Source: an uncultured Chloroflexia bacterium
Lineage (GTDB): Bacteria > Chloroflexota > Anaerolineae > Anaerolineales > UBA11858
Length of the DNA: 64,000 bases
Direction of reading: 5' to 3'
Assembly (NCBI GenBank): GCA_963824175.1
Contig: CAWGOD010000001.1
Coordinates: 150,154-214,153 of the forward strand
The notes beneath the pieces were generated by a model that did no database searches, was not told where the DNA came from, and saw nothing but the letters and a program-made list of their open reading frames with translations. Position 1 is the first letter of the stretch; each line of letters begins with the position of its first letter. Made by a program: the position numbers and the translations under genes. Of this stretch, positions 41,980 to 54,080 are shown piece after piece.

Positions 41980-44450
41980 ATGGCTAGAGAATATAACCCA
42001 AATGAGATTGAGTCCAAGTGGCAAAAAAAATGGGAAGCCGATGGTCTCTATGAGGCCAATATTGATGAATCCAGGGAGAAGTATTATGCATTGACAATGC
42101 TGCCTTATCCCTCGGGTGACCTGCACACTGGACATTGGTATGCCATGGCTCCCTCAGATGCCCGGGCTCGATTCAAACGGATGCAGGGCTATAATGTCAT
42201 GTTCCCGGTTGGATTTGATGCCTTTGGCCTTCCGGCAGAAAACGCGGCTATCGCTCGCGGAATTCATCCCAGGGAATGGACCTATAAAAACATCCAGAAC
42301 ATGCGATCCCAAGTGAAGCGGATGGGCGCGATGGTTGACTGGCGCCGGGAAATGATCTCCTCGGATCCGAAATACTACCGCTGGACCCAGTGGTTTTTCA
42401 TCCAGCTATACAAACACGATCTGGCTTACAGAAAATATTCCCCTGTGGACTGGTGTCCCCAGTGCAATACAACTCTGGCGCGAGAGCAGGTCCATGGTGA
42501 TGACCGCCACTGCGAACGCTGCAGCACCCCGGTCATTAAGAAAGATCTGGAACAATGGTTCTTTAAAACCACCAACTACGCCGACGAACTGATCGATTTT
42601 TCACAGATCGATTGGCCGGACCGAGTTAAAACCCTGCAAACTAACTGGGTGGGCCGCTCAGAAGGAGCTGACGTAATCTTCAAAACTGAAGATGGCGCAG
42701 ATCTGACTGTGTTTCACGACCCGGCCTGATACGTTATGGGGAGCTACCTTTATGGTGTTGGCCCCGGAACATCCCCTGGTAGAAAAGGTCACATCTGATG
42801 AACAACAAGAAGCTGTGAATAGAATATCGGGAGGACGCCATCCTGAAAACCGAGATCCAGCGCGCCTCTGTGGATAAGGAGAAAACAGGTGTGTTTACTG
42901 GTGGATATGCGATAAATCCGGTTAATGACGCCCGTATACCGATTTGGATCGCTGACTATGTCATGATGGGATATGGCTTTGGCGCTATTATGGCTGTTCC
43001 TGCCCATGATGAGCGCGACTTTGCTTTTGCCCGCCAATTTGGATTGGAGATCATCCCAGTGATCCAGCCAGAGGGTGAGAACTTTGATGGAAATACCATG
43101 GCAGAAGCTTATGTGGGACCCGGTTTGATGATCAATAGCGCTCAGTTTGATGGCACGGCTGTGACTGAAGACAAAGGGCGCAAGAATCCTGGCCTGGATA
43201 AGGTGATCGATTGGCTGGAAAAAGAAGGCATTGGGAGAAGAAGCGATCAGCTACAAATTACGCGACTGGTTGATCTCTCGCCAACGCTATTGGGGCGCGC
43301 CGATTCCTATGATCTATTGTGAAGAGTGCGGTTGGAACCCGGTCCCAGATGAGGATCTGCCGGTGGTGCTGCCGGATGATGTTGAGTGGCAGCCCACTGG
43401 AGAAAGCCCATTAAAGCTGCATCCTACTTGGAAGGACACAACCTGTCCAAGCTGCGGAAAGGCAGCTACAAGGGAAACGGACACGATGGATACTTTCATG
43501 TGTTCTTCCTGGTATCACTTGCGCTACTTGAGCCCGGATTATGACCAGGGTCCTTTTGATCCGAAAGAATATGATTACTGGATGCCGGTGGACCTCTATA
43601 CGGGAGGTATAGAACATGCCACAATGCATTTGATGTATACCCGCTTTTTCCACAAAGCTTTGCGGGATATGGGCATTACCGAAGGCCACGAGCCGATGAC
43701 CATGCTCCGGAACCAGGGTATGGTGCTAGGCGAGGATGGCGAGAAGATGTCCAAGTCCCGGGGAAATACTGTTGCTCCGGATGATTTGGTGAATAAGTAT
43801 GGCGCTGATACAGTAAGGAGTTACTTGATGTTTTTCGCCCGTTGGGATCTGGGTGGACCCTGGAACAGCCAGGGTATCGGCGGCACTGAGCGTTGGCTAT
43901 ATCGGGTTTGGAAACTGTATACTGAACCAGTGGAGGGTGGGGATCCTGGCGAAGAAATAATGCGGGATATCAAACGTGATCTGCACACTGCGTTGGATAA
44001 TATAACCAGGGACTATGAACAGGTAGAGTTCAACACCATCATATCCACTTTGATGGAGCTGCTCAACAATATGGTGGATGCCAAACGCAATGGCGCAGGT
44101 CAATTCACCGGAATGGCGCGAAATACTGGAAACCTATCTGCTGATGATGGCTCCGGCAGTTCCACATATTGCGGAAGAACTCTGGACCGAAGCAATTGGG
44201 AAATGAGTATTCGATCCACAACCAAAAATGGCCAGAAGCAGATCCTGAGCTGATGGCAGTGGAGGAGATCACCCTGATCGTTCAGGTCAACGGCAAGCTG
44301 CGTGATCGTATTGTGGTCCCGGTGGATATCAGCAAGGAAGAAGCTGAAAAGACCGCCCTGGCCAGCCCTGGAGCGGAGCCATACCTGGAAGGAAAAGAGA
44401 TCAGGAAGGTTATTGTGGTACCGGGCAGGTTGGTGAATATCGTAGTGTAA
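41980..44450 (+). CDS. leuS: leucine--tRNA ligase (about four frame disruptions: ~42725, ~42815, ~43240-43320, ~44170-44250)
   Basis: Five consecutive in-order LeuRS segments. Motifs: [13 protein letters not shown] (HIGH), ..[22 protein letters not shown].. (bridging frame at 42723-42810), ..[14 protein letters not shown].., ..[18 protein letters not shown].., KMSKSRGN, and the C-terminal ..IVQVNGKLR... Confidence 0.95.
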
Positions 44451-44699
44451 AACGTAAAGTGGAAGGCGATTTTATAGGTGATATGATATCACTTGACCGC
44501 TAATGGATTACTGCTTATAATAATCTGTCATTAAGAAAGCTGTGGGAGTCCGAAAAGCACAGCTTTCTTTGCGTATAGCCAATATGAGATAACCTTTAAG
44601 CGTGGGATTTCCGTCAGATAACGAAAAAGGGAATGGGGTATACTAGGAACGGTATCTCAATATTCATCTATCTAGTTTACATAACAGGAAAAAATCCCC

Positions 44700-45083
44700 A
44701 TGAAAAAAAAGATTGTGAAATCAGATAAAGCTCCAGCAGCACTTGGCCCATATTCAGTTGCTGTGAAAGCCGGACATGTTGTTTTCACTGCCGGTCAGTT
44801 AGGAATAGATCCCTCCAGTGGAAATTTCGTTGAGGGTGGAATAGAAGAGCAAACTCGCCAAGCCTTGGAAAACATAAAGGCTGTTCTGGAAGCCGCTGGA
44901 ACCAAAATGTCCAAAGTTGTAAAAACTACAGTGTTTCTACTTGATATGAATGATTTTGGGGCTATGAATGGAGTTTACGGGGAATATTTCACAAAGAAAT
45001 TTCCTGCCCGCTCCGCTGTCCAAGTAGCCCGTCTTCCAAAAGATGGGTTGGTGGAAATAGAAGCAATCGCTATGCTAGATTGA
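44700..45083 (+). CDS. ridA: RidA/YjgF-family reactive intermediate deaminase
   Basis: ..APAALGPYSVAVKAG..VFTAGQLGIDP.. and ..PARSAVQVARLPKDGLVEIEAIA... Confidence 0.9.
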   Translation: MKKKIVKSDKAPAALGPYSVAVKAGHVVFTAGQLGIDPSSGNFVEGGIEEQTRQALENIKAVLEAAGTKMSKVVKTTVFLLDMNDFGAMNGVYGEYFTKKFPARSAVQVARLPKDGLVEIEAIAMLD

Positions 45084-45111
45084 TACTATTTAAGTAAATA
45101 ATAAATAATCT

Positions 45112-45796
45112 ATGACTGGTGAATTGATCCTCCTGGTGGACGACGAACCCAATATAATCGAATTGGCCCAACTCTATCTCGAACGGGAAGGTTACCGCAT
45201 TATCACTGCGTCAAACGGAAAAGCCGCTCTTGATGCAGTTGAGAAACAGAGGCCGGCCTTAATGGTGTTGGATGTGATGATGCCTGAAGTTGATGGCTTG
45301 GAAGTTTGCCGCACTTTAAGAGGAAAGAAGGATCCGGTGGCAATCCTTATGCTCACAGCCCGGGACGAAGATATAGATAAGATCTTGGGGTTGGAACTGG
45401 GAGCGGATGATTATCTTACTAAACCTTTTAACCCCCGAGAATTAGTTGCTAGAGTTAAGGCAGTTCTGCGGCGCAGCTCAATCCACGAGTGATTTAACAA
45501 ATGAAGAACAGATCCAGTTTGGGGATATCCTGATCGATCCTCGTCGCAGAGAAGTCCGGATCGGTGGACAGCCTGTCGAAATTAGAACTCAGGAGTTCGA
45601 TTTACTATACACGCTGGCCCGGCATCCTGGCATTGTCCTCAGCCGGGATCAGCTTTTGGATCAGGCCTGGGGTTATGACTATTATGGAAATACACGCACT
45701 GTCGATGTACACATTGGCCACCTCCGAAAGAAATTATCCGGGTCCAATGTAAAAATTGAAACAGTTACCAAGGTAGGATATAAGTTGGTCCAGTAA
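45112..45796 (+). CDS. OmpR-family response regulator (one frame disruption ~45470)
   Basis: Receiver domain (..ILLVDDEP.., ..LDVMMPEVDG.., ..LTARD..., ..DDYLTKPF..) followed by a winged-helix domain (..RTVDVHIGHLRKKL..TV...GYKL) in ORF 45446-45796. Confidence 0.9.
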
Positions 45797-45817
45797 ATAT
45801 TGTGGACCCGATAATCC

Positions 45818-47252
45818 ATGTATACTTCTCTGCGTGCTCGGTTGTGGTTGACTTACGCCATCATCATTCTTCTGATCCTCAGCATCCTTGGGATCGGGAT
45901 TTTTGTTTATATTATTCGCCACCCCCTGATCGACCGCCAAGCCTTGGGTAGGTTGGATGCCGCCTTGACTGTAATCCAGCGCCAGATCAATGAACGCTCG
46001 ATCCTTCCCAGGGATTACCAGCAATATCTCAATCGCATCAGTGATTCCCTGGCTATTCGTTTGATACTCTTCAGTCCTGAAAAGGATACTATCCTGGATT
46101 CAGAGCCGGAGAGTCCGGCCATCATCTGGGCAAATGATGATCTCTCTCTCCAAATGAAAGGCCAAATTGATGACATGGATGGCAAAACCTGGTTGTACAG
46201 TTCCTGGGTTATGCCCAAAGGAGATCTTCTGGTTATTGGTTCTTCCTCGCCAGGGCGGTTTACAATTATTACGCAGTCCTCAACTCAGGGAGACACTGAG
46301 GGAAGATTTTTTGCCCTCATTCCTTCGAGCTGGATTAGTAGCATTTGTTCTGGCTGTGATCTTTGCGGCTTGGATGGGGAACTGGATAGTCAGGCCATTA
46401 CAGACCATTGAAGAGGCCTCGCGCAATTTGTCGAATGGAGAATACCAGCAAATTCCACTGCAAGGTCCGGATGAAGTTCAGGCTTTAGCTGGAGCTTATA
46501 ATGAGATGATCGATCAAGTCCAAGCATCCCAGCAATCCCAGCGAGATTTTGTGGCTAACGTTTCCCACGAATTGAAAACTCCCTTGACCTCCATTCAGGG
46601 ATTTTCCCAGGCTATGTTGGATGGTACTGTGGATTCTGGCCCTGCCCTGACAAAAGCTGCAGGGATAATTAAAACCGAAGCAGACCGAATGTACAGACTG
46701 GTGGTAGATTTGCTTGATCTGGCTCGATTCGATGCCGGTACAATAGTCCTGGATCGTAAGGCGCTTGATTTGAGTAAATTGCTCACTCATGTGGTCAATC
46801 AGCTAATTCCTCAGGCTGCAGAAGCCAGAGTGAAGCTTAGTCTGGATGCAGATCCACTGCCTACATGTGTAGGTGACGAGGACCGCTTGGCGCAGGTCTT
46901 CACTAATCTGGTGGATAATGCCATTAAACACACTCCGGAAAACGGCTTTGTAAAACTCAATGCCAGGAGTGAAGCAGGGCTGGCCCATGTTGAGATCATT
47001 GATTGCGGAAAAGGTATTCCGGAGGAACATCTAGATCGGATATTTGAGAGATTTTATAAAGTAGATGGATCTCGTAAAGAAGAAAGCAAACCCGGAACCG
47101 GATTAGGTTTGGCTATTGCCCAGCAGATCATCCAGGCTCACGAAGGTGCGATTTCTGTCCGGAGCACTCTGGGGGAAGGTTCAGTTTTTGAGGTAACCAT
47201 CCCGGTGGTAAAAGCTGATGACCAAACAGTTCTGATGGATATAATGGAATGA
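45818..47252 (+). CDS. sensor histidine kinase (TM-sensor-HAMP-HisKA-HATPase), one frame disruption ~46200-46400
   Basis: H-box FVANVSHELKTPLTSI, N-box ..FTNLVDNAIKHTP.., G-boxes ..DCGKGIP.. and ..GTGLGLAIA... The N-terminal TM and sensor part is in ORF 45818-46411. Confidence 0.9.
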
Positions 47253-48289
47253 ACCTTATTATGAAAGTATCCCTGATCATCCCCTGTCTGAACGAAGAAA
47301 AGACCATCCAGGATCTATTGGCGGCTATTTGTGAGCAGGATTTCCCACTAACGGACCTGGAAGTAATCATCGCTGATGGCATGTCAAAGGATAAGACTCG
47401 TGCTAAGATCCGGGAATTCGCTGAAGGTGTACCGGAACTGAAGATCAGAGTAATAGATAATCCAAAAAGAAATAGATCTGCCGCATTGAACCTGGCGATC
47501 AAAGCTGCTATGGGCGATTATATTATCCGTATGGATGCCCATTCGTTTCCTCATCCCAACTATATTAAATACTGCCTGAGAGATTTAGAAGCGGGGCTAG
47601 GGGATAATGTGGGTGGGGTTATCCAGATCAAACCTGCCAATCAGCGTTGGGTAGCTCAATCAATCGCTGTAGCAGCCGGACATCCCCTTGGTGTAGGAGA
47701 TGCCAGTTACCGGATTGGCTCGAAAGCTCGTGAGGTTGACACAGTTGCTTTTGGTGCCTATCATAAATCTCTGATCGATAAGATCGGTGGATATGATGAG
47801 ACCTTATTAATCAATGAGGATTACGAATTCAATGTTCGGGTCAGAAAAAATGGTGGAAAAGTTTGGCTTGATCCGGATATTTCGGCTTCTTATGTTGCTA
47901 GATCTAACTTCAAGGACCTGGCTATCCAATATTGGAATTACGGTTACTGGAAATTAATTATGTTACTGCGCTACCCGGATACTTTCCGTTGGCGCCAGCT
48001 ATCCGGTTTTTTTGTGCTCAGCTGGATTGGCCTGGGATTCCTGAGTATTTGGTTTTTATGGGCACGCTGGTTGCTCTTCATTGAAGCGTTCATTTATGGT
48101 GCAGCCTTGATATACGCTGGAACTAAGGCAGCCCTTTCGAAAAATAAGGATTTTCTTGTATTTGGATTGCCTCTGGCAATCGCGACAATGCACTTTTCAT
48201 GGGGAAGTGGGTTTTTATGGAGCCTAATTCGCACTTCTTTTGATAAAATAGTCAAGAAACCAAAAGGTTCCATACCTGAGAAATTATGA
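47249..48289 (+). CDS. family-2 glycosyltransferase with C-terminal TM helices (ExoA-like)
   Basis: ..VSLIIPCLNEE.., ..VIIADGMSKDKT.., ..IIRMDAH.., ..NEDYEF... The start overlaps the kinase stop (ATGA at 47249-47252). Confidence 0.85.
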   Translation: MNLIMKVSLIIPCLNEEKTIQDLLAAICEQDFPLTDLEVIIADGMSKDKTRAKIREFAEGVPELKIRVIDNPKRNRSAALNLAIKAAMGDYIIRMDAHSFPHPNYIKYCLRDLEAGLGDNVGGVIQIKPANQRWVAQSIAVAAGHPLGVGDASYRIGSKAREVDTVAFGAYHKSLIDKIGGYDETLLINEDYEFNVRVRKNGGKVWLDPDISASYVARSNFKDLAIQYWNYGYWKLIMLLRYPDTFRWRQLSGFFVLSWIGLGFLSIWFLWARWLLFIEAFIYGAALIYAGTKAALSKNKDFLVFGLPLAIATMHFSWGSGFLWSLIRTSFDKIVKKPKGSIPEKL

Positions 48290-49717
48290 GTCCAAATTCA
48301 TTTGATCCTCAAAAAGAACGCCGCTTCCGCTTCCGTTTTGTTGAAAGACGGGTCATGTTGTTGAATGGTGATGTCCTAGCGGAAATATTTGCACTGGTAG
48401 TAACTTTATGGATCTGGGGTAATCAATCCCAACCAAATGGTTTAACTGTTTCATTTATATTGGAACGGGTACCGGGTTGGTTCTACCTTCTGCCATTCAT
48501 TTGGCTCTTCTTGATGATCGAGTTGCATGATGTGCGAAAGGCCAGCAGTTGGGCCCATACTTTTCAGGGAGTAGCGACAGCAGCCCTAATTGGTTCGGTT
48601 CTCTACTTAGGAATTTACTTTACATCACCTCCGGAATCTCTTCCCCGAACTGGTGTAGCTGTTTTTATTATCAGTTCTGTTATCTTTACTTTGTTATGGA
48701 GATTCTTTTATATTCGAGTCCTGACCACGGAATTGTTCTTGCCGCGGGTCTTGCTTGTCGGTGGTGGGGTTTCAGGGAATATCCTCTTAGAGTCTTTTAA
48801 TAAAATAGACCCCAAACCATATTACATCATTGGCATTATTGATGATGACCCTGATAAATTGGGTGCAGAGATAGAAGGGTACGAAGTATTGGGATCAGGA
48901 TCCGACCTTTTGGACGTTATCAAAAAAGAAAAAATCTCAGATGTCATCGTAGCTATTACAGGAGCGATCAACGGTGCTACATTCCAGGCGGTGCTAGATG
49001 CCCAGGAGTTGGGTGTAGAAATCACCCGCATGCCAGTGGCCTATGAAGATTTGAATCAAACAGTCCCCATTCGCATCCTGGAAACGGACTGGATCCTGCG
49101 GTCCTTTGTGGATGATACCAGTGCAAGTGGTACTTATCATGTTGCTAAAAGGATCATGGATCTCGTGGGAGGGTTGATCGGTGTTGGGATATTTCTGATT
49201 ATTTACCTCCCAATTTCTTTTTTGATCTTCGTGGACGATGGACTTCCAATCTTATACCGCCAAGAAAGGTTGGGCAAGGGCGCAAAACCCTACAAGATCA
49301 TTAAGTTCAGGACGATGGTCAAAGATGCTGAAGTGGACGGCGAAGCCAAATGGGCCAGTGATGGTGATCAGCGAATCACCAAGATTGGCCGATTCCTTCG
49401 AAGAACCCATCTGGATGAGTTCCCACAATTTATCAATGTTCTGAAAGGTGAAATGAGTCTGGTTGGTCCACGTTCGGAAAGGCCCAGCCTGATTAATAAT
49501 CTTCAAAAAGATGTTCCTTTTTACCGGGCTAGACTGCTGGTGAAACCAGGAGTTACTGGTTGGGCTCAAATCAATTATGGCTACCCAGAAACAGTGGATG
49601 AAACCATCGATAAATTGGAATACGACCTATATTACATCAAGAACAGGACTATACTTACTGGATCTGCGCATTATCTTAGGCACACCCGCTACGATCTTTG
49701 GTTTAAAAGGAAAATAA
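48286..49717 (+). CDS. polyprenyl-phosphate sugar phosphotransferase (bacterial sugar transferase/WbaP-like), one frame disruption ~49650
   Basis: N-terminal TM helices, a central Rossmann-like domain, and a catalytic C-domain (..KRIMDLVG.., ..KFRTM..DAE.., ..[20 protein letters not shown].., ..[10 protein letters not shown]..). The canonical tail ..[19 protein letters not shown] appears after a frame switch and stops at 49715-49717. Confidence 0.88.
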
Positions 49718-49722
49718 ATATT

Positions 49723-50663
49723 ATGCCAACCTCTTTAGTTACCGGTGGCGGCGGGTTTATCGGGTCGCATCTGGTTGATGCTTTGCTGGCTCGTGGTGAT
49801 GTAGTCCGGGTGCTGGATAATTTCTCAACAGGAAAACGAGAAAACCTTCAACATAATATTGAGAAAATACAATTACTCACAGGGGATCTGCGCGATAGCG
49901 AGGTCCTTAGAGAGGCTGTCCATGGAGTTGATTTTATCTTTCATCAGGCAGCTTTTGTTTCAGTTCCCCAATCTATGGAAGACCCGGATTCCTGTTTTGA
50001 TATCAATGTCAATGGAACGGGAAAATTACTTGCAGCGGCCAGAGCGGCTGGTGTCAAACGAGTAGTGCTGGCCTCCAGTGCGGCTGTCTATGGTGAGAAT
50101 GAAGCAGTACCCCTTTCAGAAGATGAAGAACCGGATCCGTTATCTCCGTATGCAGCCTCAAAATCGATCAATGAGATCTACGCTCGTTAATTTACCAAAC
50201 ATCTGGGATTGAATGTAGTTGCATTGAGATATTTTAATGTCTATGGCCCTCGCCAGAACCCGGCTTCGGATTATGCGGCTGTTGTCCCGATATTCATTAA
50301 AAACCTGGAAGATGAGGGTGAGCCAGTAATCTTTGGCGATGGATTGCAAACCCGCGATTTTGTATACATCGCTGATGTTGTACAGGCAAATATACAAGCG
50401 TCTGAGTCCGTCAAGCGCCAGGTAAAGTATTCAATATCTGTTCAGGTCAAGAGATCAACCTTTTGGATCTGATCGAAAAGTTGTCAACCATCTATAACAG
50501 GAAAATTCAACCCTCATTCCAGGAAGCCAGACCGGGGGATATCTATCGATCCTTGGGTAATCCCAATAAGGCTCGGGAAATACTCGAGTTTTCATCTGCC
50601 ACCAGTATTATTGATGGGCTGGATGAAACAGCTGCCTGGATGAGAGGATCCTTTTCCGGGTAA
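49723..50663 (+). CDS. NAD-dependent sugar-nucleotide epimerase/dehydratase (SDR family), two frame disruptions (~50190, ~50415)
   Basis: ATG 49723. Motifs: VTGGGGFIGSHL (Rossmann), YAASK (YxxxK), ..ALRYFNVYGPRQ... Three consecutive frames restore ..GKVFNICSGQEINLLDLIEKL... Confidence 0.88.
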
Positions 50664-50697
50664 ATTCAATCCTTATAGTTTGTAATAGTGTAAACTT

Positions 50698-51709
50698 ATG
50701 CCCTCAGTATCCCACCAGCAATGGAACGAATTTATTAATGACTGCCCACAGGCTCATATACTGCAAAGCCCAGCCTGGGGAGAACTGAAATCCCAGTTTG
50801 GTTGGGAGAGCTGTTGGGTTATTCATGGTAAATTGGGTGCTCAGGTTTTATTCCAGAAGATTCCCCTGGGTTATCAAGTGGCCTATCTTCCACGTGGTCC
50901 AATCTCATCCTGAGGGAGATGTTTTTGGTCATCCTGATTGGACAGGTTTTCAGAATGATCTGGATAACCTTTGTCGTCAGAGAAAGGCTGTTTTCTTGAA
51001 AATTGAACCAGATTGCTGGCATAAGGATGATTCCCCGGCCTGTTCACCACCCGTGGGTTATAAAATCAGTCCCCACAGCATTCAACCACCTCGAACAATT
51101 CTGATCAGCCTGGATGGTACCGAAGATGAGATTCTGGCTCGTATGAAATCCAAGACCCGTTACAATATTCGCCTGGCTGAGAAAAAAGGTATTACTATCC
51201 GCCAGCTGGATGATGTGGAACCCTTTTATGGATTATTGGAAAGTACTTCTGATAGGGCTGCCTTTGGCATCCATACTAAAGAATATTATCGAAGTGCTTT
51301 TGAACTTTTCCAGAAGAGTGGGGAATGCCATCTATTCCTTGCTGAATATGAGGGTCTCCCATTAGCCAGCATTATGGTGTTTATAAAGGGCAACCGTAGT
51401 TGGTATTTTTACGGCGCATCATCCAATCAGCATCGTGACCGTATGCCCACTTACCTGGTGCAATGGGAAGCCATGCGTTGGTCCAAAGAGCGAGGCTGCC
51501 TGAATTATGATCTTTGGGGTGTGCCGGACGAGGATTTTGAAACTTTGGAAAAAGAATTCACTAAACGGAATGATGGCTTATGGGGTGTCTACCGTTTTAA
51601 ACGTGGATTTGGGGGTGAGCTGAAAAGGGTTTGTGGACCCTGGGACAGGGTTTATCATCCGGCCTTATATTTTCTGTACACTCTCCGGGCCAGAGTTAAA
51701 GCAGGTTAA
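50698..51709 (+). CDS. FemAB-family aminoacyl-tRNA-dependent peptidyltransferase (peptidoglycan bridge-formation type), one frame disruption ~50900
   Basis: ..AHILQSPAWGELKSQFGWE.., ..KSKTRYNIRLAEKKGITIR.., ..WGVYRFKRGFGGE... Confidence 0.8.
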
Positions 51710-51718
51710 GAGAATCCA

Positions 51719-52882
51719 ATGGCTCAATATTCCTGGAATCAGATCATTAGTGGGTTTGAAAACCCCCATCTACTGCAAACTTCCCAATGGGCAGAAGTAA
51801 AAAGCCATTCAGGTTGGAAGCCGCATTTCTTGGTCTGGCAAACTGCTAATCAAGGGCTGGAATTGATCGTATCTGAGACTGGGCAATTCACCGATGTAAA
51901 CACTGCGGCAGCAGCTTTGATCCTGGAACGCCAGGTCCTGCCTGGAATTTCAGTAATGTATTCTCCCAAGGGACCTTTACTGGCAGATTGGACGAATCAA
52001 ATCTCACAGAGAGCAAATATTTCATAGATCTGGAGCTTTACACGAAAAAGGCAAACGCGATCCAATTGAAGATCGATCCTGATCTTGAGCTCGGAAGGGG
52101 AGTGCCAGGAGAAGAAGGATCCATTGAGGATCCGATTGGGTTGGAAATCATGGAAGAACTTGGCCAGCGGGGCTGGCTGTTTTCGAAGGATCAGATCCAG
52201 TTTCGCAATTCTGTGCTTGGTTGATGTGCTGGAAGATGAGGATCAGATCCTGGCCAGGATGAAATCTAAAACTCGATACAATATCCGGCTTTCAGACCGC
52301 AAAGGGATTTCAATCCGCCATGGGGATGAAAAAGATCTGGCTGACCTCTACCAAATGTATGCCAATACATCTGTTCGGGGAGATTTCACGATCCGGAGTG
52401 AAGATTATTACCAGACATTGTGGCGGACCTTCCTGGGTGATAAATCAAAATCTATGAAAGATCCAATTGCTCAACCCTTGATAGCGGAATTTGAGGGCCA
52501 GCCGGTAGCAGGAGCAGTGATTTTCCGCTTTGGTGATCGTGCCTGGTATTTACATGGGATGTCCCTGCCAGAACACAGCGAAAAAATGGCCCCACATTTG
52601 ATCCAGTGGGAAGCAATGCGCTGGGCTAAATCCCAGGGCTGCAAAATCTATGATATGTGGGGTGCGCCAGACGTTTTTGATGAATCAGATTCAATGTGGG
52701 GCGTTTATCGTTTCAAGCGAGGCTATGGGGGAGAGGTTGTCCGGACGATGGGTGCCTGGGATTATCCTGCCAAACCTTTCATCTATCGCTTATATACAAA
52801 CTGGGTCCCCAGATTATTAGAGGTAATGCGCTGGTTTGGAAATCGCCGAACCAGGAGAATCAGTACAGAAGATCCAAAATAG
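51719..52882 (+). CDS. second FemAB-family paralogue (two frame disruptions, ~52000 and ~52200)
   Basis: ..PHLLQTSQWAEVKSHSGWK.., ..KSKTRYNIRLSDRKGISIR.., ..WGVYRFKRGYGGE... Paralogous to 50698-51709. Confidence 0.8.
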
Positions 52883-52905
52883 TTGATCCTGAGTAAGGAG
52901 GGGGT

Positions 52906-53866
52906 ATGTTCCCAAAATTGAGTTTTGCCCATTTACCAACCCCTATAGAAAAATTGCCCCGTTTATCCAAACTTTTGGGTGGACCAGAATTGCTGATCAA
53001 AAGAGACGATCAAACAGGTTTGGCTTTTGGTGGTAATAAAACACGAAAGTTGGAATACCTGATGGCATCGGCTGTTGAAGGAGGTGCTGACACTGGTCTT
53101 GTCTACTGGAGCAGCCCAATCCAATCACTGCCGTCAAACTGCTGCCGCCGCTGCCCGATGTGGATTGGCCTGCATCCTGGTGCTGGTTGGACCAGAACCT
53201 GAACAAGCTTCGGCAAACCTCTTCCTCGATAAGATCCTGGGAGCAAAAATCATTTGGACAGAAAAGAACAACAGGGATGAAACACTTCAGAAGGCTTATG
53301 ATGGTGCGGAGGCTGATGGTAAAAAACCTTATTTGATCCCTTATGGGGGATCCAATGCGGTGGGTGCGTATGGTTATTACCAGGCCTATAAAGAATTACA
53401 CGATCAAATGAAAAATGAAATGCCTGATTGGATAGTGTTTGCTTCATCCTCAGGTGGTACTCAGGCTGGATTGGTTGTAGGTGCTGGCCTGGATTATCAT
53501 TCAAAGATCTTCGGCATCAGTGTGGATGAAACAGAAGACCAACTCAAGGAAAACGTGATATCCATCGTTCAGGATCTAGCAAGTCAGATGGGTCAAGGAA
53601 TGGAATTATCAGAGAATGATATTTTGGTAAATGCGGAATACACAGGTGAAGGGTACGGGATCATGAATGAAAAGGATCGGGAAGCCATTCACCTTTTTGC
53701 CGCGAATGAAGGTATTTTGCTCGATCCGGTCTATACAGGACGGGCAGGGGCTGGGTTGATCGATCTGGTGAGGAATGGGTTTTTCAAGAAGGGGGAACGG
53801 GTTTTATTCTGGCATACAGGAGGAACCCCAGGGTTATTTGCCGACCGGTATCTTCCTTTTATATGA
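52906..53866 (+). CDS. PLP-dependent D-cysteine desulfhydrase / ACC deaminase family protein (one frame disruption ~53090-53200)
   Basis: ..[41 protein letters not shown].. (Lys in GGNKTRK), ..[16 protein letters not shown].., ..FWHTGG... Confidence 0.85.
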
Positions 53867-54010
53867 CTGGTGGAAATCTTCTAATCGATCTTTAGGAAAA
53901 TTATTATTTGACTGAAACTTGATCATTAGAGATATTGTAAATACCTATTCCATGAATAAGAAAATCTTTTCAAGAAGGGTCTTTTGTAATAAAAAACCTG
54001 ATGAGTTCTG

Positions 54011-54035
54011 TGGTAAAATTTTCACTTAATGTGAA
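54011..54035 (+). promoter_or_regulatory. candidate extended -10 promoter (TGgTAAAAT) with adjacent palindrome TTCAC-N5-GTGAA upstream of nuoA
   Basis: TG at 54011-54012 and TAAAAT at 54014-54019. Inverted repeat TTCAC (54021-54025) / GTGAA (54031-54035). A TTGTGAA half-site at 54043-54049. Confidence 0.35.
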
Positions 54036-54080
54036 GAGTTGATTGTGAATTCATGAACAGCTTCTGTGCAAGGAGAAGAC

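Noticed and set aside
44493-44569. A consensus-like promoter (TTGACC-17-TATAAT, 44493-44521) followed within 12 nt by a 12-bp hairpin (44533-44569), considered as a tiny sRNA.
   Set aside because: The hairpin is best explained as the leuS transcription terminator or stabiliser. The transcript would be only about 45 nt and has no U-tract. The promoter match may be a chance hit in AT-rich spacer.
48286-50190. A 634-aa ORF that looks like a bifunctional sugar-transferase/epimerase fusion.
   Set aside because: A one-base frame switch near 49650 restores the canonical sugar-transferase tail (..[19 protein letters not shown]) with a stop at 49715-49717. The epimerase has its own ATG at 49723 (MPTSLVTGGGGFIG). 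The fusion is an indel artefact.
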